A DNA stretch of 64,000 bases, taken from contig CM120640.1 in NCBI GenBank assembly GCA_051362555.1, positions 39,596,788 through 39,660,787 on the forward strand, read 5' to 3'. The first letter of the stretch is position 1. Each line of letters starts with the position of its first letter. A model generated the notes under the pieces. It did no database searches, was not told where the DNA came from, and saw only the letters and a list, made by a program, of their open reading frames with translations. The DNA comes from Lingula anatina (taxonomy: Eukaryota > Animalia > Brachiopoda). The translations under genes and the position numbers were made by a program. Below, piece after piece: positions 31,196 through 44,364 of this stretch.

Positions 31196-31478
31196 CTGGC
31201 TTAACACCCTGGTTGATGACTTATGCTGCACCAGTTGCAGTCATCGGTGATGAATCCCCCTTCCTGAAACCAAGAAATAAAGTACAATTAGAATAAAACA
31301 GGTTTTTGTACATTTAGTGCTGACTGCAAATTAACTACATATAACCTGAAATTTCATCAGGTGTACTATAAAAGGCTATTATTTATGCTGCAATCAAAGT
31401 TTTATAAACACTTCACTCATATGCACCTGACCTTGCTAAAACCTTATTCATAATTGGCAATACCTTAAGAAGCCCTGG

Positions 31479-33298
31479 TCATACACTGTACTGCATTGCC
31501 AAGCGCTCTCGCAATGGCAGGGGAAACTGGTCAGAGAAGCGTCGCCAATTTTCTTCACCAACCTGGTTCTTAAACCCATGTAATATCTATAAAAACAAAC
31601 AATACATATTGTTAAATCCCATGCTTTCATGGATCAATCTTACCACGATAGACTAAAATCACAAGGGTCATATTACGAATACAGAAAAAACAATCATCCT
31701 GGTGGTCATTGTAATGAAAATAGTTAATCATTCCCTTGTATAACCTTAGAATATTCATTTCATACATCAACATCATGAAAAAGAATGCCACCACTGCAAA
31801 TATGATACCTTAACTCATTCATTGTCGTGCATGACAACAATAATTGAAAAGTTTGGAACAGTAATCAAAATCACTGACAAATGTATCCAATTTTAAAAAA
31901 CAACTTTCTCTTATGTAACAAAGCTAGCGTATCAAAGGTCCAGTACCGTGCAGAACATTTTCTTGAGGTCCTCCTTGGGGTGCACCCAGGATGCCACAGC
32001 ATCACAGAAGAAGATAAAATCCTGGACCACTCCCCCAGGGTTCACACTGATCATCTGACACACACCACGGAACGCGGAGTCCTTCTCCTCATTGTCACGG
32101 ATATTCCGCAACGAGGTGCACCTAAACCAAAGTAATACATTTCAATAGGGTGGTCCTAATATTTATTTCTTCATTTGAAAATAATGTCAAGCATGGCCTA
32201 TCAAAGTTCCTTGAAAGGAGCAGTTTTAAGTACATAACCTCAGCCACTGTTTTCATGTTTGACAAATTACGGGAGTTTCATCATTTTTTTTTCTTTAAAA
32301 AAATTAAGAACAAAATTGTTGTCTCACATTCCTTTCAAGTCGAATAAGAGTCCATGCTTTAAAAAGGAAAAAACGTAATTTTTGCTTATTCAATTTTAAT
32401 GTTAGTAAAAAAAATCTTTAAGAACTGATTACTAAATTTTGGTCTCTTTATTCATCCTACAACACAAACATTACTTATGACACAGTAAACTGGACTGGAC
32501 ATTACAATAATAACATTCAACAAGATTGATGCTGATTAGAAAAAGCATTAATCAAAGACCACTTTCTCCAAAATTAAATTCTAGTGTTGAAAATAAGAGT
32601 ATAAAATTCAAAAATAAATAAAGTGTTTACACACCATTGCCTGATAAACTGTTGTAACATAGGGGCGACTTCTTGTGGACATACTAAACCAAGGCGACCA
32701 ATAGTTATGGCTACGTTACCATGGTAACAAGACGAGACGGGGAGCAAATGTAAATGGGAAGAAAAACAGAGAAAGACACAAATCAACATAAACATATACA
32801 AAGCAAATCAAATTGTTTATAATCATTCATCAAATCATTGAGTAACCTGTAGATATATATATATAGGCAACCAAAGAATTTGCAAAGAGTGATGTGTACA
32901 TACAATGACTACATTTAAAATCAAAAGAGTTCTCATCACGAGCCCCCAGCACGTTGCTTGAAATTACTGACATCATCGTTTACTGCATAATCAGGGCTAC
33001 AGCATCACACCAAACACCACAGGTAACTAACAACTACAGCTTTAAAGCTAAGTGCATGTGTTGGCCTGAGTAGAAAATACATGCCGTTCCCCAATTTGAC
33101 GAATTCTGCTTCCATATTTACAGTAAATGTTAAAACTTCAAACTGGTATGACTTCTCAAAATTTGAATGTGACTTTTTAAATATGATTATTTCAGGCGAA
33201 CATATGTACCTGGAACTTTCAAAAATATACATCTCAAAAAGATACATTTTGCTATCCAATCCCATTACAATGGTGGGTAAAGCTAATTTCTATGAGAA

Positions 33299-33340
<42 letters not shown>

Positions 33341-36300
33341 TACTACACCCAGAGGCAGCAACAGGTGTCTGAGGATAGTGCCGGTCCCATCAGTGCAGTG
33401 CCAAATCAAACCTTCACACAGGAAGCAACGAGGTAAGAGAGACAAGCACAATCATCCAAGGTTGGCAAACCAAACACTAGCACTACAGATCACTACTCAA
33501 TCAGAACGATCAGAATGCAAAGCCAGCAGTTTATAAGGTGTTCATTAAAATACTTCTCCCCCTACCCATTCTCCCATAAAGATGTTGAAATAATAAATTT
33601 TCAAACAAACAATGCACCTATAAATCTAAAAATAAAAACATCTGGTGGTAGAACCACTCATTTCAGGGGAATCTTTTGAAGTTCTCTCCCAAGTTTTGAT
33701 TTGGCACCCCCTGACTCTCAGCCCATGTTCATCTTACAACCCTTTCCATTTAGTGTTGTCAACTCTGTGCCCAATATAGCTCTGTGCAAAGGTGGTCAAA
33801 CTGATCTCCCTTCAGAGGCAAACCATACCCCAATTGTATCTGTATCTTTTTTATTCTAATAAATGTTTATTGTCAACCATTGAAGACCACACATATCTTG
33901 GCAGCATTTTGCAAGCTATCAGAAAATTTAAAAAATTAAACGAGACTTACCTTGGTTAAGTCGAAGTTTGATTTCAATTCTTTGAGTAAAGAATTGAGGG
34001 AGGGCTTAACTGAGATCCGGTTGCGCGCGCAGGGCACTTTTCAAAGTGTTTGTCACATTAACCACATGGAATTAATTACATTAATTCCCCACAGCTCTCT
34101 TCCTCTATAATACAAGCAATGAGCTGTAACCCAAAGTTGGGTGGGAGGGTGGCAGTTAAGCCCTCCCTCAATTCTTTACTCAAAGAATTGAAATCAAACT
34201 TCGACTTAACCAAGGTAAGTCTCGTTTAATTTTTTAAATTCTTTTTCGTAAGAAGAATTTCGTTGGTCTTAACTGAGACTTTAAAGCTTGATGTGACAAA
34301 CATTTCATTCATTTCAAAAGATTCTTTATTTACCCAGAACTCCATCCTGGAATCTGTCTTGATTACTTACAATGCGCTTGTCATAGAACTTCGCAAAAGT
34401 ACTTTTCTTAGACCAACCAGCTTTGTCAATAATGACTGATATAGGTACTGCAGAGGCTTTTGCCTTAGAGGTAGCTGCAGCTCTAACACCGTGAGAGCTA
34501 AATGTATAAGTGTCTATACCAGCTCTACTCATAACAGTTTTTATCCATCTTGCTACTGTGTCTCTTGCGACATTATGATGTGGTTTCATGTAACTTATTA
34601 ACAAACGTGCACAGTTCTTGTCATTTCTCATGACTTTTGTGCGAAACAAATATTCCTTCAATACAGTATACACACAAAGCCTCCTGTCTGGAGGGTAGGC
34701 CTTAAAAGATACTGAAACAACATTATAACCTGGCCTATTTTGTTTTAAAGAACCATCTAACTTGAACAAAAACTCAGTTCTCAATTTTTTATAACCTTGA
34801 AAACTTAACAACTGCAAAGTTTGTGTACGTGCAGCTTGAGTCAGAGCCATGAGCATCACTAGCTTTAATGTCAAATCTTTGAGAGTTATATGCTTAACAG
34901 GAGAAAGTTTCCTCAAATATGTCAATACTCTTTCAACATCCCACACCTCTGTGTATCTGGGTTGTGATGGTCTGGCTGCAAACACACCCTTCATGTATCT
35001 GATAATTAATGGGTGATTTCCAATTCTGAATCCATCAAAGTTTATTCCTAAAGCTGAGAGAGCTCCACGTGCAGTGTTCAAACTCTCATAACCCAAACCT
35101 TTATTGAATTGTTCAGTTAAAAACTCGATTACTGCTTCCAAAGTTGGCGAAAGTGGAGTAATCGTCCTTTTACTACAGTACTGAAACCACCTGTTAATGT
35201 GTGTGTTATATTGTTTTTGTGTCCCTGTTTTCCAAGACAACATAAGTATTTTGGTAGAGTCCTCTGAAAATCCTCGTTCTCTGAAACTATTCCTGACACT
35301 TTGCAAGCAATCAGTCTTAATTTCCCTTCCAAAGGGTGTTTCAACTGCAGGTGAGGAAGTCTTAAAAGATTATTCTTTTTCTGTATTATGACTGGTTTCT
35401 CCACCAACAATTCCATCAGTCTCGGAAACCATGCTTGTGTGGGCCACATTGGTGCTACAATGATTCCCTTGGCTCTGTCCTGTCTGACTTTCTGCACACA
35501 GTTTCCCAGTAAGCTAAAAGGTGGAAACAAATAAACTGAGTTAAAAGTTTCCCAGTCAATGGTAAAAGCATCAACAAAAGAGCAGTTTGGATCAGGCTTC
35601 CATGAACAATATGTTTCTACTTGAGCATTTATTCTAGATGCAAAGCAGTCTATATCTGGGATTCCCCAAAAATTACATATCTTATGAAAAATCTTGCTGT
35701 CTAATTTCCATTCAAGATCATCCTTGAATTCTCTGGAAGCCTTATCTGCTGCCTCATTATTTTTGCCAGCTATATATGTACATGTTAACCAGACATCATG
35801 TGATATACACCAAATCCATATGTCACATGCTACTTTATTACAGTTTTCAGAAACTGTGCCTCCCATGTTGTTAATGTACGACACTGCCGTAGTGTTATCT
35901 GACATCACCTTAATATGCTTTGACTTAAGATCACGTTTGAGGGACTTGAGTGCATTCAAAATGGCCATTAATTCTAATACATTAATAGGCAATTTACCCT
36001 CTACATCCGTCCATCTACCTCCAAAATTATTGTTTTTATAACTTGCACCCCAACCTAAAGTGGATGCGTCTGTATGTAAAGTCTCTGAGGGGTTTGGTCT
36101 AGCAATAACCCTATGCTGGGATTTCAAGTTGACAATCCACCAAATTAAATCTGACCTCATACTGTTTGATATTATCATGGGTGCATCATAGTTACCCTTC
36201 GATTCTTGTAAAGCCTTAATCTTTGCTCTTTCTAACTTCCTATAGTACAGTTTGCCATAATCCACAGCTGAAAAACTTGCTACTAACAACCCAATGACTC

Positions 36301-39300
36301 TCGCCACTTGTCTAATAGGTGCCTTTGAAACATTATACAACTCTTCGCATGCAGAAATTATTTTCTCCTGCCTGTCAAGTGGCAGTGTTACTATCATTTT
36401 GTCAGAATCAATAACATTTCCCAAAAATTTTAACTTGCTTGTTGGTCTCAAAACTGATTTGTCTTCATTTATGATGAAACCCAATTTGGACAGAAGTGTA
36501 ACTGTTGCATTTAAGTTCTCCGTACATTCTAAATCATCACTGCCAATTATTAAACTGTCATCAATGTACCCTGAACTAACATAACCTAAACTTCTCAGTT
36601 TCCCAAAAACTGGTTTAAGAAGTTTTGTAAACAATCGCGGGCCTTCACTGACCCCATTGGGTAAGCAGGTATATTGGTAGATTTTATCCCTCCACTGGAA
36701 TCTAAAAAATTTTTGCTGTTCATCTGCAAGTTTAATTGAATAATAAGCATGACGGATATCGACAGACCCCATTTTTACATTTTTGGTTATCAATGGTAGG
36801 GTTTTCTCAAAGGTTTCCATCTTAAAATGCTGATATGGAATGAACCGATTTAATTCCTTTAGATTCAGAATTAATCTGTATTCACCATTTTCTTTTTGTC
36901 TCAAAAAAATCGGTGATAAAATTTGGCCTGCTTCACTATTCACAGGAATAATCACTTTCATGTCCAATAATTTTTTAATTTCTATGTCAATAATGGACAT
37001 TTCTAACCTATTAAACTTGCAATTTGATTTCACAATGGCGGGAATCCCACCGTTGAAATCTAGATTAATATGACAATGCTTTACAATGTCAAGAATAAAT
37101 AGGTCACTTGTAATCAGTTTCCATTGATCAATAAAGTCAGCCAATCTACCTGCTTCAAAATAATTATTTACCTCATTTATTGCTTGGGCAGATTCCTCTG
37201 TCCCCTGCGTACATAGTTTTTTGCAAAAGAAGGCCCTGCTCCAGGATCATCCTGCCACACTCTGGGTCTTCCCCCTCCAGTAGGTCGATTAACACCTCTG
37301 TACACAGATCCACGGCCTCTGGCACCACGTCCTCTACGTCCTCTGAGAGATCTGTCAAACAATTTATGTTTGATTTTTGAGCAATCCTCTATATCCCTTG
37401 CCATTTTGGGAAGATCGTCTCCAAATAAAAATTTTTGGCTGTAAGTCAGCTCATGACTGCAGAGGTGAGCATATTCTCCGCTCAATTGCGGTTTCAAAAA
37501 ATCTTTCCTTGTCATATTTATCTGCCTGTTCATATGTCCCATGAGTGCTAGGACATCGTTGCAGTTTTCGATCATGCTGCCAATATGATCACTCCTTTTC
37601 TGGATTCCTTTCGTATAAGGCCATCTGGTTTACAGTTTTAACTAAAATGTTTGCACCTTTAACCAAAGTATGTGCTATGTTTTGCATTTTCCTATCGTTT
37701 GCTTTGGTCCAACCTGGGACCTGGTCCCATATCAACTGGTTGGTTTTCACGACTTGCAGGTAATCACAGTTACCTGGCCTGTGGTTCTGTTTAATCAACT
37801 CGTTTAAATGTTGTTCGTCCAGGCCATTCATAAAAAGATCGTTCACAGTTTTGGCCAGCACATCATCCACGTTGTCGGCCATTTCCTCCGACATGTTAAA
37901 CTTCTTGGCCATGTGCTTAAACAGGTTGTCTTCCGTGTCGGGAAGATACGAGTCCAACTTCCTTTTTTCACCCGTTGTGCCTGCCTCCTCCGGCTCAACA
38001 CATTCATTATCGACGTAAACTTCGTCGTCATACTGAGAATATTGCGCCTCCATATTATCAATACGGCTGACGATGTTCTCTAACCTGCCGTCCTGAGCGT
38101 CCACAGAGGCTTTTAAAGATACAAGTAATGACATAATATTATCCTCTGACGAGGATTTCTCCACAGACTTAGGGTTTTTGGAAGCCGACTTCCCTTTACC
38201 CTTCCTGCCATCACTCACGTGTTCAGGTCCATTTTTAGTAATGGTACTACATGTAGTTTCGTCCGCCATGACACCACGTGTTCAGAAGCAGACGACGAAA
38301 CCTGACTGAAATTGCGCCAAATACCGTTGCAAACGGCAAGACCACTGTGTATAACGATATAGCATGCACCACGTGCACAATAAAAATCACCCAAAACCAC
38401 GTTTCGGTGAAAAAAATCAGCGCCACTAGACAAATTCGCCCTTCAACCGAGGAGTATTGCACCAAGACTCCTTGCTTCAACTAGCGTGCAACCTAAAGTG
38501 ACCTGCGCGCGCAACCGGATCTCAGTTAAGACCAACGAAATTCTTCTTACGAAAAAGAATTCTGAAAGGAACCTACATTATCAGCAACTTTCAGAACCAT
38601 TGCAATCCTTTCACATGTGAAGGTAGTATTGAAACACAAAAACAAAAAAATTCTGACCATCTTTTAACAGTAGTGTGTCTAGTTGAGTGGGCAGTCTTGG
38701 CACTCATTCAACACATCAACCTAACTGTCGCTGCTCTGTTATACATAAACTTACCAGTGTTCTCTAACAAGGTCTTGGGAGTATTGGGGCGATTGATTAT
38801 GTCCACAAGCTGGGTCATCACCATTTGGACATATGGGCGCATATCAGCACCTGCAACATGAACTTTAAAATTGTAAAGGAACTGGTGGAATAAAAGTTAA
38901 TCATAGGCAGTCTTGTAATTTTCAATAGTGAAAATCCAATAAATAGCAAAATCTTTAGATTTTTTTTTACTGCCCTGCCATGGTAAGTATTTTGAGCATG
39001 CATCATGTTCTAGTTCAACTTACCCATCTGTATAGAGATTTCTCCTATTGCCCACGTAGCATTATTGCACACAGATATGAATTCTGGATTTAGATTATTG
39101 GCCAGAATTGGCATATAATCCCCTGTAAATGAAAGGCGACAGTTATTAATTCCCCATTCAACCAGCAATCAAAAACATCTCCACTAAAGCAACAACCTTT
39201 AAGTGTAACTGATTAATGAAATCCAAGCTTTGATTTGAAAATATATTAATTTGAATGTTCCTTTCTGGTTGAAAACTCAAACTTGGAAACAAAACAACAC

Positions 39301-42300
39301 TATGATCTACCAAAAAGCCTCACTTTACAAAGTAAAATCAGAGAAATGATTACTTTTGGATATGCCAAGGTATTCCCTACCTATAAAAGGTTTGACATGC
39401 TGAAAGCATGCTTTAGTGAGATCTCCTAGAAGAGCAAAAGAGCTCTGTCGCACCTCTGGCATTGGGTCCTGCAATACAACATCTAGAGTCAAAGCAACAG
39501 CAACTACCATTATATAAACATAGAATGCAGCTAAAAAATAACCACAAACCATAGGCAAGGGAAGAGCTACAAAATCTATCAGTTGGCAAAAAAAAAACAA
39601 TATCAATCTATAATTCTGACACATTTTGATAAATTATCACTTTTATTCAAGCCTTTCCTTTTCCGTGCTTTACTTCACATAATCTCATGAAAAAAATTAA
39701 AGCCTACAGTGCAACTCCTCAAAATCAAACAATACATTTTTAAAAAGACAAAGACACATTCATCGCACAAAAGAGAAATCTTAACCTCCAGGCAATGTGG
39801 TAAAGTATATCAAACACACCTGGTGAAAACATGTCAAAGAATCAAAAGAGAGTGGAATTTACCTCGCTATGTACCAGGTTAACTATGCAACTAAGCTACC
39901 TTATCTAGCCTGCTATATGTTAAACACACCTCTAGTGGAGCCAAGCTGCACCTCACCTGCATACACTGAAACAGTAGCTTTAGGATACCACTGTTGGCAA
40001 CCAGGGCCTCTATATGGTGCTCCAGACCCTCTGCAAGTCCACTTAATAAATCCAGAGCAACTATCATGAAGTCTTTGTCTGGTGGATCAAACTGCTCAGG
40101 GCTAGTCATGTTAGCCTGAAGGAAAAAAAGACAACATAAAATATGTGCTAAGAAATACTGAAATGACTTGATATAGGATATTGTTTATAAAACCAAGATC
40201 TGCAACATTTTTAAAGTACATTATTAAGCAGTTAAATGCTGAATGTATTGGTTTTAATTTTAATCATGCATTTCTTTTTTTCAAAGCAAAAATCCAATTT
40301 CTCAAATGAAGTGGTTGACAACAAACAAATCATTTGATTAATGTGGGAAATAAAACAGCAGTCCAGCATACTTACATAGCTCTGTGTGAGTGTCTGTTCA
40401 ACCAGAGAAACACACCTTCTGAACACTGGCTCACAATATGGCAGAAATCCTGACTGCAGAGCTGTGGCCACACTTGACAAACACTAGAAGAAATTGAACA
40501 ATTCTAAAGAACAATACCTGTAACCATGTTTACATCTTGCATCTCAGGTAGTTCAAGTTAAGTCCTATGCACAGACATTTAAGACAAACACAGTACACAG
40601 GTTACTTGATCACTTGTTAGCTTTTTTATTGAATTCTTAATATCAACCTCAATTAAAATTCTAAAACTTTCAATAAACTAATTGGCAAATCAATCAAATT
40701 GACAATCACACATATTGTTTAGTTATATAAACTACGTTGTGACCTAGCTCCAGGGGTTTCCCAATTGTCATCAATTTACAGGGATTTCATCAAAATTGTT
40801 GATCTGGGGGTCAAACTATAAGTTTACTGTCATTTCCCAAAAATTTCATAAGGCATCCAGCCATCTTTGAAAATGTAGGCCATCTTTCGAGGTCAGTGGC
40901 CACTGAAATGACTGCTGGGCGGCTATCTAGGGAAAGCTTTCCCTAGCTTATATAATAATCAGTTACGTAACTTTTACTTATGCATTAAAGAAAATATGAT
41001 TGAGCACAGCACATTCAGTAGGGTAGAGTTGTCACTCACATGTGTTCAGTGAGAGAGTTCAGAAGTCATCATCCTGTGCTGTGAAGAGGCTTTTAAGGTG
41101 TGATTTCTTACTTCACACTCAACAAATAAAATGGCGAAATGCTTATGAAATTCAAAAAGAGATGCCCACCATTAAAATTCTGAATTTCTTTTATTTAACT
41201 TCACGAACCTCTAATAATGGGAACAAATCCTTGTCTTCATCCTTCAGCACATTCCATTTCTGAATCAGCGGAGGCATTAATAGACTGATGTACTCCTGAA
41301 AATAAAAAGCATGAGTCAAAGTAACAAGAACACTATAAAATATTTTTGTTTAAACAACAATCAATAAACATGCACAGTCAGGTTCGTAGACGTCTCTACA
41401 TGTACTTTCAGTAAGAGAGAGTTCTTGTTTCATCATATGTGCAGAACAAGACAATTCAAATTTTTATCTATTTGTTAAATCACTTACCGGCTTATTTAAA
41501 TGGTGCCCCACAGAGTCTGCTAGTGTTCCTATGGCATCATACAGAATGAGTAGATTTTTGTGCTGAAAACGAAAAAGATGACAACTTAATACCTTCTATA
41601 TCTTTAAGTCAACAAAATATCCATTGGCAAGTAAGTCTCGTGTAAATCTAGGCTGTGATCAGACAGTACGAATACAAAGTGATGCTTTCACAGAGCAAGC
41701 TCTCCCACTTAGGAATGTCATCATACCAAGCCAATGGGATGATATATCATATTTGGAATGTTCTTTATTAGGCAACCATAATCCACACATTCAGACTGGG
41801 TTCACAAACTAAATTCAAATACTTTAAATAAAAAGAGCACAGTTTGGTGGCTTCACCTGATACTTGTTAAAAGCATAGACCAGAGTTTCCAGGATAAAAC
41901 CAAGGTAAGGGACTAGTTCAGTGCAGGCCTCCTCCTCCAGAGTGGCAAAGGCCGAGCAGGCAGCTTCTTGAACACGCTTGTTGGCATCCAAGACGCGCTT
42001 CAAGAGCTGAAAGATTTAAAACACATAGTTATATTGAATTATCACCAAAAAATAAACAGGTATATAATACCAATGAAAAGTACACTATAGCAATAATTAT
42101 ATGAAAAGTCATGCTGGCTGTTTACGTATGGACAACTTTTAGGGTTCCTTGGTGCATTTTCACAAAATTCCCCCCCCCCCCCCCCCCCCAATATAAAATG
42201 TTGTCTACAAAATTTTAAGTTCATAATGCACAATCAGATTTGTCAACTTTCCATTCAATTGTTTTTCAGTGAGAGAGTTCTTTCTCATCATTTCTGCACA

Positions 42301-44313
42301 TAACTTTCAAAACCTTACAAAACTTTAAAACAACCACAATGACTGATCATCTCTTCTTTTGAATAATGTTGAAATTTCAACCTACACAGAAAATCAAAAG
42401 GCAAAGGGTGCATTTCCCACGAAACTACCAAACTACGTAGATCTATTCTCGCTTGGCTTCTGGAAGCTTTATCACTTCGCTTCAAGTGCTACCATTCCCA
42501 CATGAAAGTTAATCACCCTCTTGCTCTTTGAGGAGGCATTTCATTCAGTTAATCTGATTGTACTCAGCAAATGTCCTCGCTGAGTTGGATCAATCAGACA
42601 TGAGCCAAGGTTAAAACAGGGCTCGACATTAGCGCCTGTCCGCCTGTCTGGGACAGGTAAAAATTCAGTTCGGACAGGTGAAGTTGCAGGGTTGGCTGTC
42701 CGACGGACAGGTTATGTTTTGTGAGAAATTTGGAGCAAAAGTCTTTAAAAAATCATTTTTTGTTGCATACTAACATCTTTTATTCTCTTCCTAGACGGCA
42801 TTGAAAAGAGTGACCTACTTTTGGCACAAAACACATGCAGTCGCAAAACGAAGTCTGAGTAAACTTACCGCCAAATTATGAAAGTGAACACCCTCCAGAA
42901 CTTCATCAGACAAAATCTATTCACATATCAGGTTCTTTACTGAATATTTATTTAGTTCAAAATCTACATGCACTAGTAATAAAGACCGTTCTAAAAACAG
43001 AAACTACACAAGTACTGTAATGATCTGACCAGATTGAACTGGATGAACTGGCTATATCTAGTTTGTTGTCAAGGCAACATACTGCCTGTCAATCAAATAC
43101 GTTGTATGCTATCTACTCACTATAGAAAGTGGAATCTTTTGGACTGAAGATCTTGTTGAAATGTAGTTTATTTGCCAAAATATAACCTGAAATTTTGTAT
43201 GTTGTTTTCTTAAATGACTCTAGCATCACTTATGTTATTTACAGTTAAAAATTAGTGCTGGAATATGATAAATTAACATTGCTGTCATATACCAGAATGA
43301 TATTGATGTAAGGAAGAAATTGGTAATAATAAATATGAGAATTTAAATAAAAAGAAGGGGAACTTTTTATACTGATTTTATTTAATTCATATATTAAAGA
43401 AAAATCTAACACATGATAACCCCTAAAGAAGATAAATTGTTAACATAAATATAAGTAAAGTATTATAAAATGAATATTATTTAACTTTTCATTGAACTAT
43501 ATTCAAATATTATTAATTTTGAATATTTTAATAAAATTAATTTAACAGTACCCCCTCCCCACTTCCCACTCAGGGTATTTTTTTCCTTAGCTGTTGTTAA
43601 ACTTCATGTGAATCTGTTATCAAATTGCAGATTTACAATTAGTAGACCCTGTACCCCAAATCCTAGGAGAAGCCCTGATTGGAACTATGTTTAATCAGAC
43701 TTATATGCAAGATTTAATCTTCAGGAGTTCACAAGTATGAAAACACAATTTTTTATCTGAAAATAAATTCACTTTAAGGTGCATTTTTCCAGCTCATTTG
43801 ATTGAGTATTTTGGTAATAAATACATTAAATGTATGACTATACATATTAATTTACAAAGTTCTAGGTATGAATAGACAAGGCAGCAAAGCTGTCAAATGT
43901 ACAGACAAAAAAAACAGAAAATAAAGATGCAAATAAGTGAAAAATTAAATTTTCACAAAAAACTGTTAAATTGCCAGAAAAATTTACCAAAAAAAACTGC
44001 GTTGCCTATTGAAGCTGTATGTTAGACCTATGTTTCTTTCCTGTAAGTTTGAGAACAGTAAGTGACATGATTTCCCTTAAATGGTCATCATAGGAGCAGT
44101 GCACAAAATAGGGGTTTCTTCAAATTTTGATGCAACATTACATAATGTTTAACAGCATAATGACAATCAAATGTTATTAATAAAATATTAGTAACATGGA
44201 CATTCAGAAAATATGACAAGCAAAAGTCTTCAGGATCATGGAACTTTAAAGTCACACCTTGAAAATGCCAATATGTGAAAAATAAAATTTTCACAAAAAA
44301 CTGTTTAACCGCC

Positions 44314-44364
<51 letters not shown>

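Larger units (their letters stand above)
33925..38561 (-). mobile_element. Full-length DIRS1-like tyrosine-recombinase retrotransposon in a transportin intron
   Basis: Inverted terminal core 34006-34040 vs 38496-38530. Internal complementary region at about 34153-34278 is the reverse complement of both outer termini joined at a shared AATT, which is also found at 33925-33928 and 38558-38561. Contains gag, RT/RH/methyltransferase and YR ORFs. Confidence 0.95.

Noticed and set aside
30874-31250. Four overlapping ORFs on both strands
   Set aside because: They are a by-product of a stop-poor 51-bp (multiple of 3) minisatellite and show no protein family signal.
33081-33536. 151-aa ORF with a poly-Ile run
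   Set aside because: The run is the (AAT)n microsatellite, and the ORF is intronic and antisense to transportin.
35197-38484. Plus-strand and alternative-frame ORFs in the DIRS element
   Set aside because: They are antisense or overlapping shadows of gag, pol and YR.
39865-39950. H/ACA-like pattern (AGATAA ... ACA) in a transportin intron
   Set aside because: The second hairpin is too short and weak, and the segment abuts the donor, so support is insufficient.
40751-40949. CAGGGGTTTCCC start and CTAGGGAAAGCTTTCCCTAG palindrome
   Set aside because: Possibly a decayed MITE, but the termini and TSD cannot be defined.
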